The notes: generated by a model not told the origin, from the letters alone. Positions 27,336-40,494 are shown, numbered from the stretch's first letter. The stretch: 64,000 bases of DNA from Octopus vulgaris (GCA_951406725.2 OX597815.1:72850001-72914000); one strand, 5' to 3'. Numbers and translations: made by a program.

Positions 27336-27389
<54 letters not shown>

Positions 27390-27539
27390 CACCATCAAAA
27401 AATACCTTAGGAATGAGAACCTAGGTTCGAAATTTCCCCAAGACACCTGAAGTAGGCTGGAGGGTATATCAGCCGAAACATTGTGTTAACAACAAAGAAG
27501 ATGAGGACAAATATCCGTCGCATGTAAATAATGTAAATA
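27041..27539. mobile_element. Fold-back retro-insertion: tRNA-like head plus Penelope-like tails in inverted orientation, 12-bp TSD
   Basis: Arms 27070-27240 and 27340-27539 are reverse complements; A box tgacataatgg 27272-27282, B box gagttcgattcc 27315-27326; TSD ctgtctagactg at 27029-27040 and 27540-27551. Confidence 0.85.
27442..27487 (+). ncRNA. Degenerate minimal type-I hammerhead-ribozyme-like motif (mirror copy on minus strand at 27122-27167)
   Basis: gacac-CTGAAGT-a-GGCTG gagggtatat CAGCC-GAAAC-att-gtgtt gives stem I, core, stem II and GAAA; each arm carries core mutations. Confidence 0.5.
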
Positions 27540-27754
27540 CTGTCTAGACTGACTCTAAAAACACTAAAACAAACAAACAAAGACAAGTGGAAGTAAGTCA
27601 CAAAACATATCCAGTGTGTTTGCATTTTGAAATAAGAAAACGTAAAAATGTCCTACACACCCACACACATTTAAAACTAGACCTCAATTTGTATCTGTCT
27701 AACCTGCAAAAGGTCAAGGTCACTACTATTCCTTCATTCTTCTGGGTTTTTTTT

Positions 27755-28840
27755 ACTCTTTACTAGTTTCAGTTATTAGACTGTGGTCATGCTGGGGCAG
27801 CACCATGAAGGATTTTAGTCAAACAAATCAACCTCAGTATTTTCTGGGTTTTTTTTTCAAGTCTGCTACCTATTCTATCAGTTTCTTTTGCTGAACTGTT
27901 AAGTTACAGGGACATATATATGATGTGTTTCTTTTAGTTTCCATCTACCAAATCCACTCGCAAGGCTTTGGTCGACCTGAGACTACAGTAGAAGACACTT
28001 GCTAAAGGTGCCACGCAGCAGGACTGAACCCAGCACCATTTGGTTGAGAAGCAAACCTCTTACCACACAGCCATACCTGATAACTAAAAAGAAAAAAAAA
28101 AAACTAGGGTTGATTGTGTCAGATGTACACTTCACTTCACTAATATTTGTATCTTTGATCTTGTGTACCATAATAACTGCTTCTAATTCTTCTTTTCCTT
28201 CATATACAAAAAAATTTACATAAGTAACCATTTCATGTAATGACAGCTAAATGAAAGAACTGTGATGTAATTGAATGACCTACTAGAAACAGCAGCCAAA
28301 TCTCTCTCTAATCTCTCCAGTGTGTTAAATAAGAAAACAAGGAAGGATTGATTAGATAATGTATTTCTAAATACTACTAAGACAAGATGTTCACAGTTGG
28401 TGTGCAACTGGATAGAGGTTTACGCAATCAGGATTGACCAGGGGCTAAACATCTCATAATACCAAGTAAGCATGGCTGAATGGTAAGAAGCTTACTTCCC
28501 AACCACATGGTTTTAGGTTAGTTCCACTGCACTACTATAACCTCAGGCCAACCAAAGCCTTGTAAGTGGATTTTATAGGCAGTAACTAAAAGAAGCCCAC
28601 TGTATATATACACACACACACACACACCTACAAATATGCATATGTTTCTGTGCCTGTGTTTGTCCCCCTACCATTGCTTGTGGGTGTGTTTACATCCATG
28701 TAACTTAGCAATTCAGCGAAAGAGACTGATAGAATAAGTACTATGTTTACAAAGAATAAGTCCTGAGGTCGGTATTTTTGACTAAAGCTCTTTAAGGCAC
28801 TGCTCCAGCATGGCCACAGTCAAACGACACAAACAAGAAT
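27755..28840. mobile_element. Family-B SINEs at about 27755-28080 (-) and 28470-28840 (+), with a family-G fragment between
   Basis: ccatctaccaaatccactcgcaaggctttggtcg (minus copy) and accaaagccttgtaagtggatt..cagcatggccacagtcaaa (plus copy). Confidence 0.8.
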
Positions 28841-28911
28841 ATATGTATCTATACATGTGTGAGTGTGCAAATTAAATACACATACATATATGCATGTATG
28901 AATGTATGGAA

Positions 28912-28949
<38 letters not shown>

Positions 28950-28979
28950 AGAGAGAGAGAGAGAGAGAAATAGACCAAG

Positions 28980-29460
28980 AGAACACTGAAACCATCTTCA
29001 AGTGCCAACAAAGATTTTAGCTGTCTTTTAACCAGCATTCCCTCCTCTTGCATATTCCCACACCGACATCTCTTGTAGCAAAAGATTGCCATCTCGCTCA
29101 GCTATAATCACAATATTTCTCTCATTCGTGTCAATATCTATGAAAAACTGACATGGTCATAATGATTTCCAGCTAGTTATCACACGTGTAGTAGCGATAA
29201 TATATATCCCAGGACGGTAGGAGAGTGACAAAAGGAGTGAGAAGACAGACGGGCAGAAGAGGAAGCCAAGTGGCGGTGATGGGAAAGTGGAAACAAGCCT
29301 GTTAAAATAAGAAGCAGAATGATTGGCAGCGGCAGTTTCCACACCAATACAACTTGGTTTTAAGATCAAAGACAGCAGAAGCAAGGATTACTCATTCATT
29401 CTTACAACAAAGAAGAGCCGGGTTCATGAATTTGTAAAGTAGAATATGAATCGAATGAAT
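28980..29460. promoter_or_regulatory. Unique CpG-retaining island with a TCF site, helper-like sites and CCAAT motifs
   Basis: AAGATCAAAG 29362-29371, TGGCGG 29271-29276, GCGGC 29329-29333, gattgg 29321-29326, ccaat 29344-29348. Confidence 0.4.
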
Positions 29461-29469
29461 GAATACAGA

Positions 29470-29603
29470 CATGCATATGAACATAGATACACACACACAC
29501 ATATATAAATATATGCAAGTTTGCATACGTATTTGCATATATGTATATGCATACATGTGTACACATATATATATACATGTGTATATATATATACAAATAT
29601 ATA

Positions 29604-29647
<44 letters not shown>

Positions 29648-30226
29648 TATAAATATATATATATACATAATATACACACACGTGTACATATATATATACA
29701 CATGTATATATACATATATACAAGCATATACATGCATATATATGTGTGTATATATATATATATATACACACATACACATATATTCATATATTATATATAT
29801 ATACACATACACATATATTCATATATACATACACATACATGCATATACATATATACATACACATACACGTATATACATATATATCTACATAGACACAATT
29901 TTTAAATATATATACATGCACACATATATATATACTTATATGCATACACATATATATATATACATGCATATATATATATATATACATGCATATATACATA
30001 TATATACATATACATGTACATGCATATATACATATATGTGTAAATATACATGTACATGCATATATATAGGATATGCACAAGGTATATGTCCACATATATA
30101 TACACACATACATATATACATACATATATATACATATACACACACATATATATATGTATAGATAATATATACATATATATACATATGCATACATATATAT
30201 ATACAAACATAGGCATATATATATAT

Positions 30227-30279
<53 letters not shown>

Positions 30280-30316
30280 CATACATACATATATATATAT
30301 ACACATACACACACAC

Positions 30317-30364
<48 letters not shown>

Positions 30365-30365
30365 T
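29470..30365. repeat. About 0.9-kb (TA)n/(CA)n/(TACA)n low-complexity block
   Basis: Nearly continuous alternating purine-pyrimidine sequence. Confidence 0.95.
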
Positions 30366-30589
30366 AAGCTATTGGAAAACCGATTATAGCAGTGATTCCT
30401 AGGGATATCTGTAGAAGGAATTTTTATTCCGAAATATCATATCAGACTATGGATGCTTAAATTACAAGTTATTATAGTCCATTGTTTGTATTATAGTGCA
30501 TTGTTGTGTCATTCAAACTATTGTATTCTTTTCATACATATATACATATATATATATAATACATATGTATGTGTATATATATATATATA

Positions 30590-31200
30590 GTGAGAATTTA
30601 CAAAAAAAAACCAAAAGATGAAGGCAGGTGTGTAAACAACAAACAGATGGATAAGTTTAATGTTCAGGAAATAAGAATGCCTTTTACGTTTCGAGCCTAC
30701 GCTCTTCACAGAAAGGAACACAGAAATGAACAGGGAGAGAAAACAGAAAAAGATTTAGTGGCTAGCGATCTATCAGGGCGAATGCCAGATAGAGGAGTCA
30801 CAAAGGGCAGCTAAGAAGAAGGGGAGATAAAGTAGTGGTGATCCTAAAACAAAGTTCCGCATGCATGTGTATGTGAATGTGGAAGGGGGCTGGTGACCTT
30901 GATGTGTACAGGTGTGCATGTGTAGGTGTGTGTGCTTGGAAGTGATCAGTGTCGGCGTGTGTGGGGTGGTGGTGTGGTGTGTGGTGGTGTTGGGGTGTGG
31001 AGGAAGTAAGAGTTGTGTCTAAGGGATGGGGTGGAATGGATGTTTAAGGATAATGGGGTTGGAATGTGTAGGGGTGGGGTAGGGAGAGAGGGTGAAAGGG
31101 ACAAGGTGAATAGAAGTGAAGTAGGTACCAGAGCAAAAGAGGAGAGGTGGGTGAGAGGAAGTAGGTGTGAGAGGAGGAGGGTTAGGATTATCAGAAGGTT
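30590..31200 (-). mobile_element. Penelope-like element terminal-repeat remnant
   Basis: Contains acgtttcgagcctacgctcttcacag, whose reverse complement is a hammerhead-like motif typical of PLE termini, followed by a G/A-rich tract. Confidence 0.55.
30680..30716 (-). ncRNA. Minimal hammerhead-ribozyme-like motif
   Basis: Minus strand: ccttt-CTGTGAA-GAGC gtag GCTC-GAAAC-GTA-aaagg; stems I and II perfect, core deviates from CUGANGA. Confidence 0.5.
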
Positions 31201-31310
31201 TTTCTTAATTGATTAATTTAATGCACCTGAGTTATTACTATATTTTTCTGAAATCAAGGTTCTGATTGCTAAATTATCTCCCTTTAATAGTCACTCTTTT
31301 ATACAAGACT

Positions 31311-31690
31311 TGTGGCATACTGTCGGTTACAACAACGAGGGTTCCAGTTGATCTGATCAAACAGCCATCTTGTGAAATTAACATGCAAGTGGCTGAGCAC
31401 TCTGCGGACACGTGTACCGCTTAACTTAGTTGTCAGGGAGATTCAGCACGACACAGAGTGCGACAAGGCTGGCCCTTTGGAATACAGGTACTACAGAAAC
31501 AGAAAGAAAGAGTATCACAAAGTTGTGGTGAAAGAATACAGCAGAGGTGCAACCACCCCCTGCCAGACCCTCGTGGAGCTTTAGATGCTTTTGCTCAATA
31601 AACACTCACAACACCTGATCTGGGAATTGAAACCGCAATCCTATGACCACGTGCCTGCTGCCCTAACTACTGGGCCATTGAGCCTCCACT
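31311..31690 (-). mobile_element. Full-length family-D tRNA-derived SINE
   Basis: Reverse complement of 51830-52168; head ggaggctcaatggcccagtagttagggcagc. Confidence 0.88.
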
Positions 31691-31719
31691 ATATATACAT
31701 ACATACATATATATATATA

Positions 31720-31758
<39 letters not shown>

Positions 31759-31954
31759 ATACATATATAAATATATATACATGTATATATATATACATGT
31801 ATAAATATATATACATGTATATATATACATGTATATACATATATAAATATATATACATGTATATACATATATAAATATATATACATGTATATACATATAT
31901 ATATATATATATACATGTATATATATATATATAAATATATATATATATACATAC

Positions 31955-32009
<55 letters not shown>

Positions 32010-32010
32010 G
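31691..32010. repeat. TA-rich microsatellite/minisatellite (tacatgtatatacatatataaatata units)
   Basis: Repeated units of about 28 bp within (TA)n. Confidence 0.9.
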
Positions 32011-32231
32011 TTAATAAAATAGAACATATGCATATATATAAACATATATGTACGTACCTACCTCTACATGTACATATACACGCATATATGTGTACAGGAC
32101 ACCAAAAAAGACGTCGAACACATAGAGAGACGAAAAACATAGACACAAACCAAGGAACAAGACAAGCAAAAAAGAGATACAGGACAATAAGCACAACGAA
32201 AAATCAGTCGCTAAGGTTTCATCTACTAAAC

Positions 32232-32274
<43 letters not shown>

Positions 32275-32711
32275 AAAAGGAATGCAAAAAATGAGACAAG
32301 AACGCAAAACATCCAGACAGTTAAATGATACAAAAAAGGGGACAACAAAACATCCAGACAGATGTGGTGCTCCGTCTGCAGCTATGTTCTGAGCTCAAAT
32401 TCCGCCGAGGTCGACTTTGCCTTTCATCCTTTCAGGGTCAATTAAATAAGTACAAGTTACGCATTGGGGTCAATATAATCAACCTAATCCGTTTATCTGT
32501 CCTTGTTTGTCCCCCTCTGTGTGTAGCCTCCTGTGGGCAGTAAAGAAATAAGAAATAAGACACACACACATATACATACATACCTACACACACACATATA
32601 TATAGATAGATAGATACATACATACATACATATATATATACATACATTTATATATATATACATATATATACATTTATATATATATATACATAAACATACA
32701 TATCTACATAC

Positions 32712-32742
<31 letters not shown>

Positions 32743-33056
32743 TGTATATGCATATATATATATATGTATGTAAACAAGGCAAGAAAGAAACCATACAAAT
32801 AAGCATGACTAATTGACACCCTGATGATCAACGATATTAAAATTCTTATAGGGTAAAAGATTTAACTTCAATGATAAAACGCCAAAAGAAAAAAATAAGT
32901 TTTCAAGATTTCTTAGCTTTCATAGGAAACTTTTTACATATCTCTTTTTTCTTTTTCTTGAAATTTCTGATTCATCTTATACGGTATATTAAGTTATACA
33001 AACAAATTTCAGTTGTTGCAATTACTATTATTATTGTTGTTGTTATTATTATTGTC

Positions 33057-33955
33057 AAGGCAACAAACTGGCAGAATCATTAATGTGCTAAGCAAAATGC
33101 TTAATGGCATTTTGTTCATCTTTACATTCTGGGTTCAAATTTTGCCAAAGTTGAGTTTGCCTTTCATCCTTTCTGGGTTGATAATTTAAGTACCAGTGAA
33201 ATATTGGGGTCAAAGTAATTGTCTAGTCCCCTCCCACAAAATTTCAGGCCTTGTGAAAAGATTATTATTATTATTAAGGCAGCAAGCTGGCAGATTCATG
33301 TGCACAGCGTGTAAAATGCTTAGTTATATTTCATCCGTTTTGTCATTCTGACTTCAAACCCCACCAAGGTCGACTGTCTTTCATCCTTTCAGGGTCTATA
33401 AATTAAGTACTAGTGAAACACTGGGGTCAATGTAATCGATTACCCCCTCTCACGCAATTTCAGTCCTTGTGTCCTTAGTAGAAAGGATTATTATTATTAT
33501 TATTAAGGCAGTGAGCTGGTAGAATTGGTAGCATGCTGGTGGAAATGCTTAGCTGTATTTCATCCATTTTTACATTCTGAGTTCAAATTCGGCAGAGGTT
33601 GGCTTTGCTTTTCATCCTTTCAGAGTCAATGAAATAAGTATCAGTTGAGCACTGGGGTTGATGTAGTCAGCTATCCCCATCCCTCAAATTTCAGGTCTTG
33701 TACCTATAGTAGAAAGGAATCATGTGAAGCAGGAAGCTGGCAGACTCATTAATGCACTGGACAAAATGCTTTGTGACATTTTTTCCACCTTATTATGTTC
33801 TCAGTTGAAAGTCTGACAAGGTCAACCTCACCTTTCAAATCTAGCAGGGTTGATAAAATAAGTATCAGTCAAGTACTGGGGTCAATGTATCCAACTAGCC
33901 CCTTCCCTGAAAATTGCAGACTCTTTGCCTATAGTAGAAAGGATTATTATTATTG
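33057..33955 (+). mobile_element. Head-to-tail array of four family-A SINEs
   Basis: Heads at about 33057, 33276, 33504 and 33727, most directly following the previous (ATT)n tail. Confidence 0.88.
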
Positions 33956-34060
33956 TTGAGTCTCACAGAAGGGTTGATAAATGACCATGGCCTTTTGTCA
34001 ATTGCTGTGCTTGAGAAGGCCCATCAAGCCAAGTGATATCATAGTTGTGGTCAGTGACAG

Positions 34061-34450
34061 TGACATGTAAAGGGCACCCATGCCAGTGACACATAAAAGG
34101 CACTTGTTCTGGTGACACGTAACGGGCACCCATACCAGTAACACATAAAAGGCACCTGTTCTGGTGACATGTAAAAGGCACCCATGCTAATGACATGATG
34201 ACAGGTGAAAGGCGCCCATGCCAGTGACACATAAAAGGCACCTGTTCAGGTAACACGTAAAAAGCACCCATGCCAGTAACACATAAAAGGCACTTGTTCT
34301 GGTGACACGTAAAAGGCACCCATGCCAGTAACACATAAAAGGTACCTGTTCTGGTGACACACAAAAGGCACCCATGCCAGTAACACGTAAAAGGCACCTG
34401 TTCAGGTGACACATACAAGCATCCATGCCAGTAACACATAACAGGTACCC
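34061..34450 (+). repeat. 26-bp minisatellite with A/B alternation (52-bp higher-order unit) inside a family-C SINE
   Basis: tgacacgtaaaaggcacccatgccag alternating with taacacataaaaggcacctgttctgg, about 14-15 monomers; followed by ggagtggttggcattaggaagggcatccagc...(GAT)n. Confidence 0.92.
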
Positions 34451-34595
34451 CCTACATTCTGTGGAGTGGTTGGCATTAGGAAGGGCATCCAGCCATAGAA
34501 ACCAAATCAAAACAAACTGGAGTCTGGTACAGCTCTCCATTTACCACATCCAGTCAAACTGTTTAACCCATACCAGCATGGAAAACAGATGTTAA

Positions 34596-34627
<32 letters not shown>

Positions 34628-35261
34628 ATTGTTACTATTACTGTTGTTGAGTTCAATTTCCACAGAGGTCGACTTTGTCTTTCATCTTTCAGGGTTGATA
34701 AATTAGTTACCAGTGAAACACTTACCCCCTCCCCCCAAAATTCAGGCCTTGTGCCTATACTAGAAAGGATTATTATTATTGTTGTTATTATTATTATATG
34801 AAGTAGCAAGCTGGTAGAATCATTCACACAAGTTAATGTGTGAAAATCAAAATATGAATTTCAAAAGAAGTTTTTATAAAACTTGTTTTTAAACACTGAA
34901 TGGCTGGGGTGGGGTGGGGGAGAAAATAAAATAGTAATCAAAGGATTCATAGATAAAAATAAATGGTTGAGAACCCCTGAAAGTCATACCAGTAAAGACT
35001 ATCAATGTTAAATGATGATGATGATGATGCATGACTGGCCACTTTTAGTATTTGTTAACAAAATCCACTCACAAGTCTTTGGTCAACGTGAGGCTATAGA
35101 AGGAATCACTTGCCCAAGATGCCATGCAGTAGGACTGAACCTGAATACAAGTGGTTGGGAAATGAACTTCTTAAGCATACAGCCATGCCAGCACTTATTA
35201 AAAACAACACTTGTAAAGCATAAACACTAAACATATTAGATGCAAACTAAAACTTATACAC

Positions 35262-35640
35262 AAGGCATGGTTGTGTGGTAAAAAGTTAGTTTCCCAACCA
35301 CATGGCCCCTTGGGCAAGTGTCTTCTATTAAAACCTCAAGTCAACCAAAGCCTTGAGTGGATTTGGTAGATAGAAACTGAAAGATAGTCATTGTATACAT
35401 GTATATATCTATGTGTGTGTGTGTCTATACCTGTGTTTGTCCCTACCTTGGCTTGACAACTGGTGTTGGTGTGTTTATGTCCCCATAACTTAGCAGTTTG
35501 GCAAAGAGATCAATATAATAAGTACCAAGTTTTAAGAAAGACAAAATAAGTACAGGAGTCGATTAGTTTGACTGAAATTCTTCAAGGCGGTGCCCCAGCA
35601 TGGCCACAGTCTAACAAGTGGGACAAGTAAAAGATACATA
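35262..35640 (+). mobile_element. Family-B SINE
   Basis: ccttgggcaagtgtcttctatta, gagtggatttggtaga, ggtgccccagcatggccacagtc. Confidence 0.85.
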
Positions 35641-36382
35641 AATAAGTATATAAATAAATTACTAATGAATTAACTTATATAAGTCATCAAATACTAATTT
35701 CTGATGGTGTCAAACAGCCTTAGAAAATACAGCTTAACAATGCTTGTTCGGCATATACAAACAAGATGTTTGTTATGTGTGTGTGTATGTGTGTGCATGC
35801 GCATGTGTGTGTGTGTACCATGCATAGTGAATTAAGATCTTTTATTGAATGAAATAACACGTGTTTAAATGACAGTAGGCTACGTTTATAAATAGTGCAG
35901 AAAATATGCAATAGATATAAATAGTACTAAAGTGAATTAACAGCATTTATATACACTGACCTCCATATGCTAGCATTTTCAATTGCTGTACTTCAGTGTT
36001 GCTGATGTAACATAACTGAGAAACACGGCAGCGTATACACACATATATACACACACACACATACACAGATTGGCTGCAAAGTGCTTATGTCTGTAATAAA
36101 ATACACTATTGTGACTCATTGGTTTAAAGAAACACCAATATTCTACCTGGACATTTTTATCTCATGGATTTATGCGGCTTGCTTCTTTTATCTTATTTAC
36201 AGCTAAAAGAAGGCTGATGATGTCTATAGCCTGTAATGGGTATATATGTTACCGGGTTACAGTGTATTGGTGGTGGTGGTGGTGTTTAACGACAAGTTGA
36301 CCCTGAAAAACTAGACCTATTGCCAGTCTTTCTGTTATAGTGCATCTAGAGCTACATAATATCATTATTATTATTATTATTT

Positions 36383-36604
36383 AATGTGGTGAGCTGGCAG
36401 AATTGTTAGCACACCAGGTGAAATATTTAGTGGTATTTCATCTGTTGTTACATTCTGAGTTCAAATTCCGCTGAGGTTGACTTTGCCTTTCATCCATTCA
36501 AGGTCGATAAAATAAGTGCCAGCTGAGTACTGGGGCTGATGTAATTGACTATGCCCCCTCCCTGCAAATTTCAGGCCTTGTGCCTTTAGTAGAAAGGATT
36601 ATTA

Positions 36605-36641
<37 letters not shown>

Positions 36642-39305
36642 CAAGGCAGCGAGCTGGCAGAATCATTAACATGCCAAGCAAAATGCTTGGAGGCATTTTG
36701 TCCATCTTTATGTTCTGAGTTTAAATTCCGCTGAGGATGACTTTGCCTTTCATCCTTTCTGGATCAATAAACTAAGTATCAGTCAAGTATGGGGGAAGGT
36801 GGGGGGTCCATGTAATCAACCGACCACCTTCCTCAAAGTTACAGTCCTTGTGACAAAATTTGAAATCATTATCATTATTAATATTAAGGCGGTGAGCTGG
36901 CAGAATCGTTAGCACACCAAGCAAAATGCTTGGTGGTATTTCGGCTGTTGCTATGTTCTGAGTTCAAATTCTGTTGAGGTTGACTTTGTCTTTCATCCTT
37001 TCAAGGTTGATAAATTAAGTACCAGTGAAACACTGGGGGTCAATGTAATCGACTTAACCCCTCCCCCAAAATGGCTGTCCTTGTGGCAAAATTTGAAACC
37101 ATAATTATTATTATTAACCCTTTAGTGTTCAAATTACTCTATTAAATGTAATACTTTTCCACTCAAATTGTTTTGAATTAATCATGCATTATCTTATAGC
37201 TTTGAGGTTTCAATGATGTGATTGTTTATATTTAGAATGACATTGTCGGGTAGGTGTGAGAGGCTAGATATTACCATTTTGAATATAAAACATGTAGAAT
37301 ATCTGGGCCAGATATGGCCGGTTTAAACACTAAAGGGTTAAGGTGGTAAGCTTGCAGAATCATTAGCATACTAGACAAAATGCTTTGTGGTAGTTCATCT
37401 CATTTACATTTGGAGTTGAATTTCCATAGCAGTCGACTTCGCCTTTTATCCTTTCAAAGTTGATAAATTAAATACCAGTGAAACACTGGGATCAATGTAA
37501 TCAACTAAACCTCTCCCCACAAATTTCAGGCCTTGTGCCTATAGTAGAAAGGATTACTATTATCATTAAGGTGGTGAGCTAGCAGAACCATTACCACACC
37601 AGACAAAACACTTTGTGGCATTTGATCTGTCTTTCCATTCCGAGTTCAATTCCGCTGAGGTCAACTTTGCCTTTCATCCTTTCATGGTTGATGAAATAAA
37701 TACCAGCTGTACACTGGGGTCAACGTAACCAACTTAGTCATTCCCCCCAAAAAATCAGGCCTTCTGCCTATAATAGAAAGGATTATCCATCATCATTATT
37801 CAACATCCGCTGTCTCTGTTGGCATGGGTTTGACCAGGGCTGGTAAGATGGAAGGCTGCACAAGACTCCAGTCTGATTTGGCATGGTTTTCTATGACTGG
37901 ATGCTCTTCCTAATTCCAACCACTCCAAGAATGTAATGGATGCTTTTATGTGCCACCGGCATAGGTGCCATTTGCAAGACACCAGTATCTGCCATGACTG
38001 CAATTTTGCTCGGCTTCAAGGGTCTTCTCAAGAAGAACATAATGCCAAAGGTCTCAGTCATTGTCTCAGCAAGGCCCAACACTCAAAAGGTGGCAGACTC
38101 ATTAGCACACCAGGCAAATTGCTTAGCAGTATTTTGTCTATCTCTACATTCTGAGTTCAAATTCCACCAAGGTCAACTTTGCCTTTCATCCTTTCATTTG
38201 GACACTGGGTCGATGAAATTGCCGGCCATGTACCAAAATTTGAAATCATTATTATTATTATTTAAAGTGGCAAGCTGGCAGAATCATTAGCACACTAGAC
38301 AAAAGACTGAACAGCATTTCATGTCTTTATGTTCCAAGTTCAAATTCCGCTGAGGCCAACTCCGCCTTTTGCCCCCTCCCCCAAAATTTCAGGCCTCATG
38401 CCTATAATAGAAAAGAGGATTGTCAGTACGTTGGACAAAAGGTGATTTACATTCTGAGTTCAAATCCTATCGAGATCAACTTCACCTTTCATCCTTTCAG
38501 GATTGATAAAATGAAGTACCGATGAAGCATGGAGATTGATGAAATCAACAAACCCACTCCCTCTAAAAAATTGCTGGGTTTCTGTCAAAATTTGAAATCA
38601 TTATTATTAACATTGTGGGTATTATTTTTTTTTAATCTGTTTCATGCAATCACTTGTCAGGTGACACCCAACACCCTAGGTCAAGCAAAAGTTAAGAAAT
38701 GTTTAGATATAACCGAAAGCTTAGGGAGGGAAGTACAGAAATACATTCATATTATACACATTACACAACTCAACACAAACATTTAAATCAATAGGGTTTT
38801 TTCTAAGGACATGAGTGGTACTTGTTCACACTTTCTTTTGGTCTTCTGTGAGGTATGGTTCTCCTGGGATGTTGTCTAGATGTTTCTGACATTCCTTTTC
38901 TATTATATCATGGGCACTGACAATAACAACAGTTTTTACTTTAAGATGTTAAATCTTTTGTATTTCAATTTCCAAGTTCTAAGCTTGTCAAATTCCTTTA
39001 CAGATATATTTTTATCAGTGGGGATACTTACATCTATCAGTCGACAAGTATTTTCTTCCCTTGCCATTATTATTATTATCATTATAAGGTGGTGAGCTGG
39101 CAAAATCGTTAGCACACCTGGTAAAATGCTGCTAGGTATTTTGCCTGTCTTTATGTTCTGAGTTCAAGTTGCAGTGAGGTCAACTTTGCCTTTCATCCTT
39201 TCAACTCAATAAAATAAGTACCAGTTGAACACTAGGGTTAATGTAATCAACATCCCCTCCCACAAATTGCTGCCCTTGTGGCAACATTTGAAACCATTAT
39301 TATTA
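36383..39305 (+). mobile_element. Dense family-A SINE array (five tandem copies 36383-37790, more at 38087-38610 and 39086-39305) with nested MITE and family-C copy
   Basis: Heads at about 36383, 36643, 36886, 37340, 37568; conserved gactttgcctttcatcctttc core. Confidence 0.88.
37114..37341 (+). mobile_element. piggyBac-type MITE (TTAA TSD, 16-bp TIR)
   Basis: ttaa-ccctttagtgttcaaa ... tttaaacactaaaggg-ttaa. Confidence 0.88.
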
Positions 39306-40494
39306 CCATTGTCCTTTCTCAGTTGGTAGGGTAAAATCTGAAAAAACTTTGGTTGTTATTTCTAGCAGATTGAGTGAAGCTGTAAGAGGTCAATATGCAT
39401 TGAAAATAAATGGATAGAGGTAAAAATTTAGGCGATTCTAATGACAGCAATGATAACAAGAAGGAAATAGAAAAGAGCCAAATAGAGTGTAGTGGTGATG
39501 GAACATGGGCAGAAGATTCTAAAGAAAATAAATTATTGTAAAAATGGCAAACATAGCACAATGAAGGGAGTTTTAAGGCTGCCTTTTTTAAATAAACGGT
39601 ATTTTGGCAAGTAGACAGATTATTTTCTTTTGAAGCTGAACACCTCATACTATTGAGTTCAATACTTTATGGGTCAAAATTCAATGTAACCTTTGATGAT
39701 TATGAAATTTTAGTACCAGAGATCCTAGGTGAAGGTGCATGGATTAGTGGTTAGGGTGTTGCACTCATGATCAAAGGATCGGGGTTTCAATTCCAGGGCT
39801 GGGCAGTACGTTGGGTTCTTGAGCAAAACCCATCGCTTCCATTCTGTTGGTGTCTCATTCAGAGGAAATGTGATTGTGGTCACTAATACACCATAGAAAC
39901 TAGATAAGCGACCCCATGAGTCCTAAGACAAAGGTACTAATGTCCAGGGGTTGATGATGATCCTAGAAGGTCGCCACTAATGACATGGAAATCTCTGCAA
40001 CACACATATATGGTGATTGAACCAACAAGAGAGCTTTTGCATCACACTTACTAGATATAGCAGCCAAATCTACCTCAAATCATACATGTCCATTTGTCCA
40101 AAACAACAAACAAAGCTTACATTTGACAATGTGATGGTGATGGATCTCTGTTGTTTAACAACAGGATTGATTTGATAATCAACAGAATTACCCAATAAAT
40201 GGCTGAGTATTCACAGATGCATGGGATTCTCAGCTAGAACCAACGTGACACAATATGCAACAAGGCTGTATTTTTAAAAATCATATGTACATTCCACACA
40301 ACAGGCTTTGGTACAGTTTCCATTTGCCCAGTTTCACTCACAAAAGGCTTGGGTTTACTCTAAAGTACTAAATATGACATTTGCCCATGATGCCATGCAG
40401 TAGTATCAAACCAAGGATCTCATAGTTGCTAAGCAAAGTGCAAAACCATTCAGCCATACTACATCTATATTCACAAGTCCCTTAATCCCTTAGG

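Noticed and set aside
27265-27340. tRNA gene (also the tRNA-like heads at 42252 and 51830)
   Set aside because: A and B boxes are present, but I could not build a convincing cloverleaf. Each is fused to a repeat body, so these are SINE heads.
29402-30367. Long ORFs (up to 206 aa) rich in Y/I/H/T/C/V, also at about 1 kb, 31.7-32.8 kb and 62.7-63.2 kb
   Set aside because: They are translations of (TA)n/(CA)n microsatellites, open in many frames on both strands.
33963-34540. Repetitive Cys/Trp-rich ORFs and a CRISPR-like repeat appearance
   Set aside because: Caused by the 26-bp minisatellite. There are no unique spacers and no cas genes, and the context is eukaryotic.
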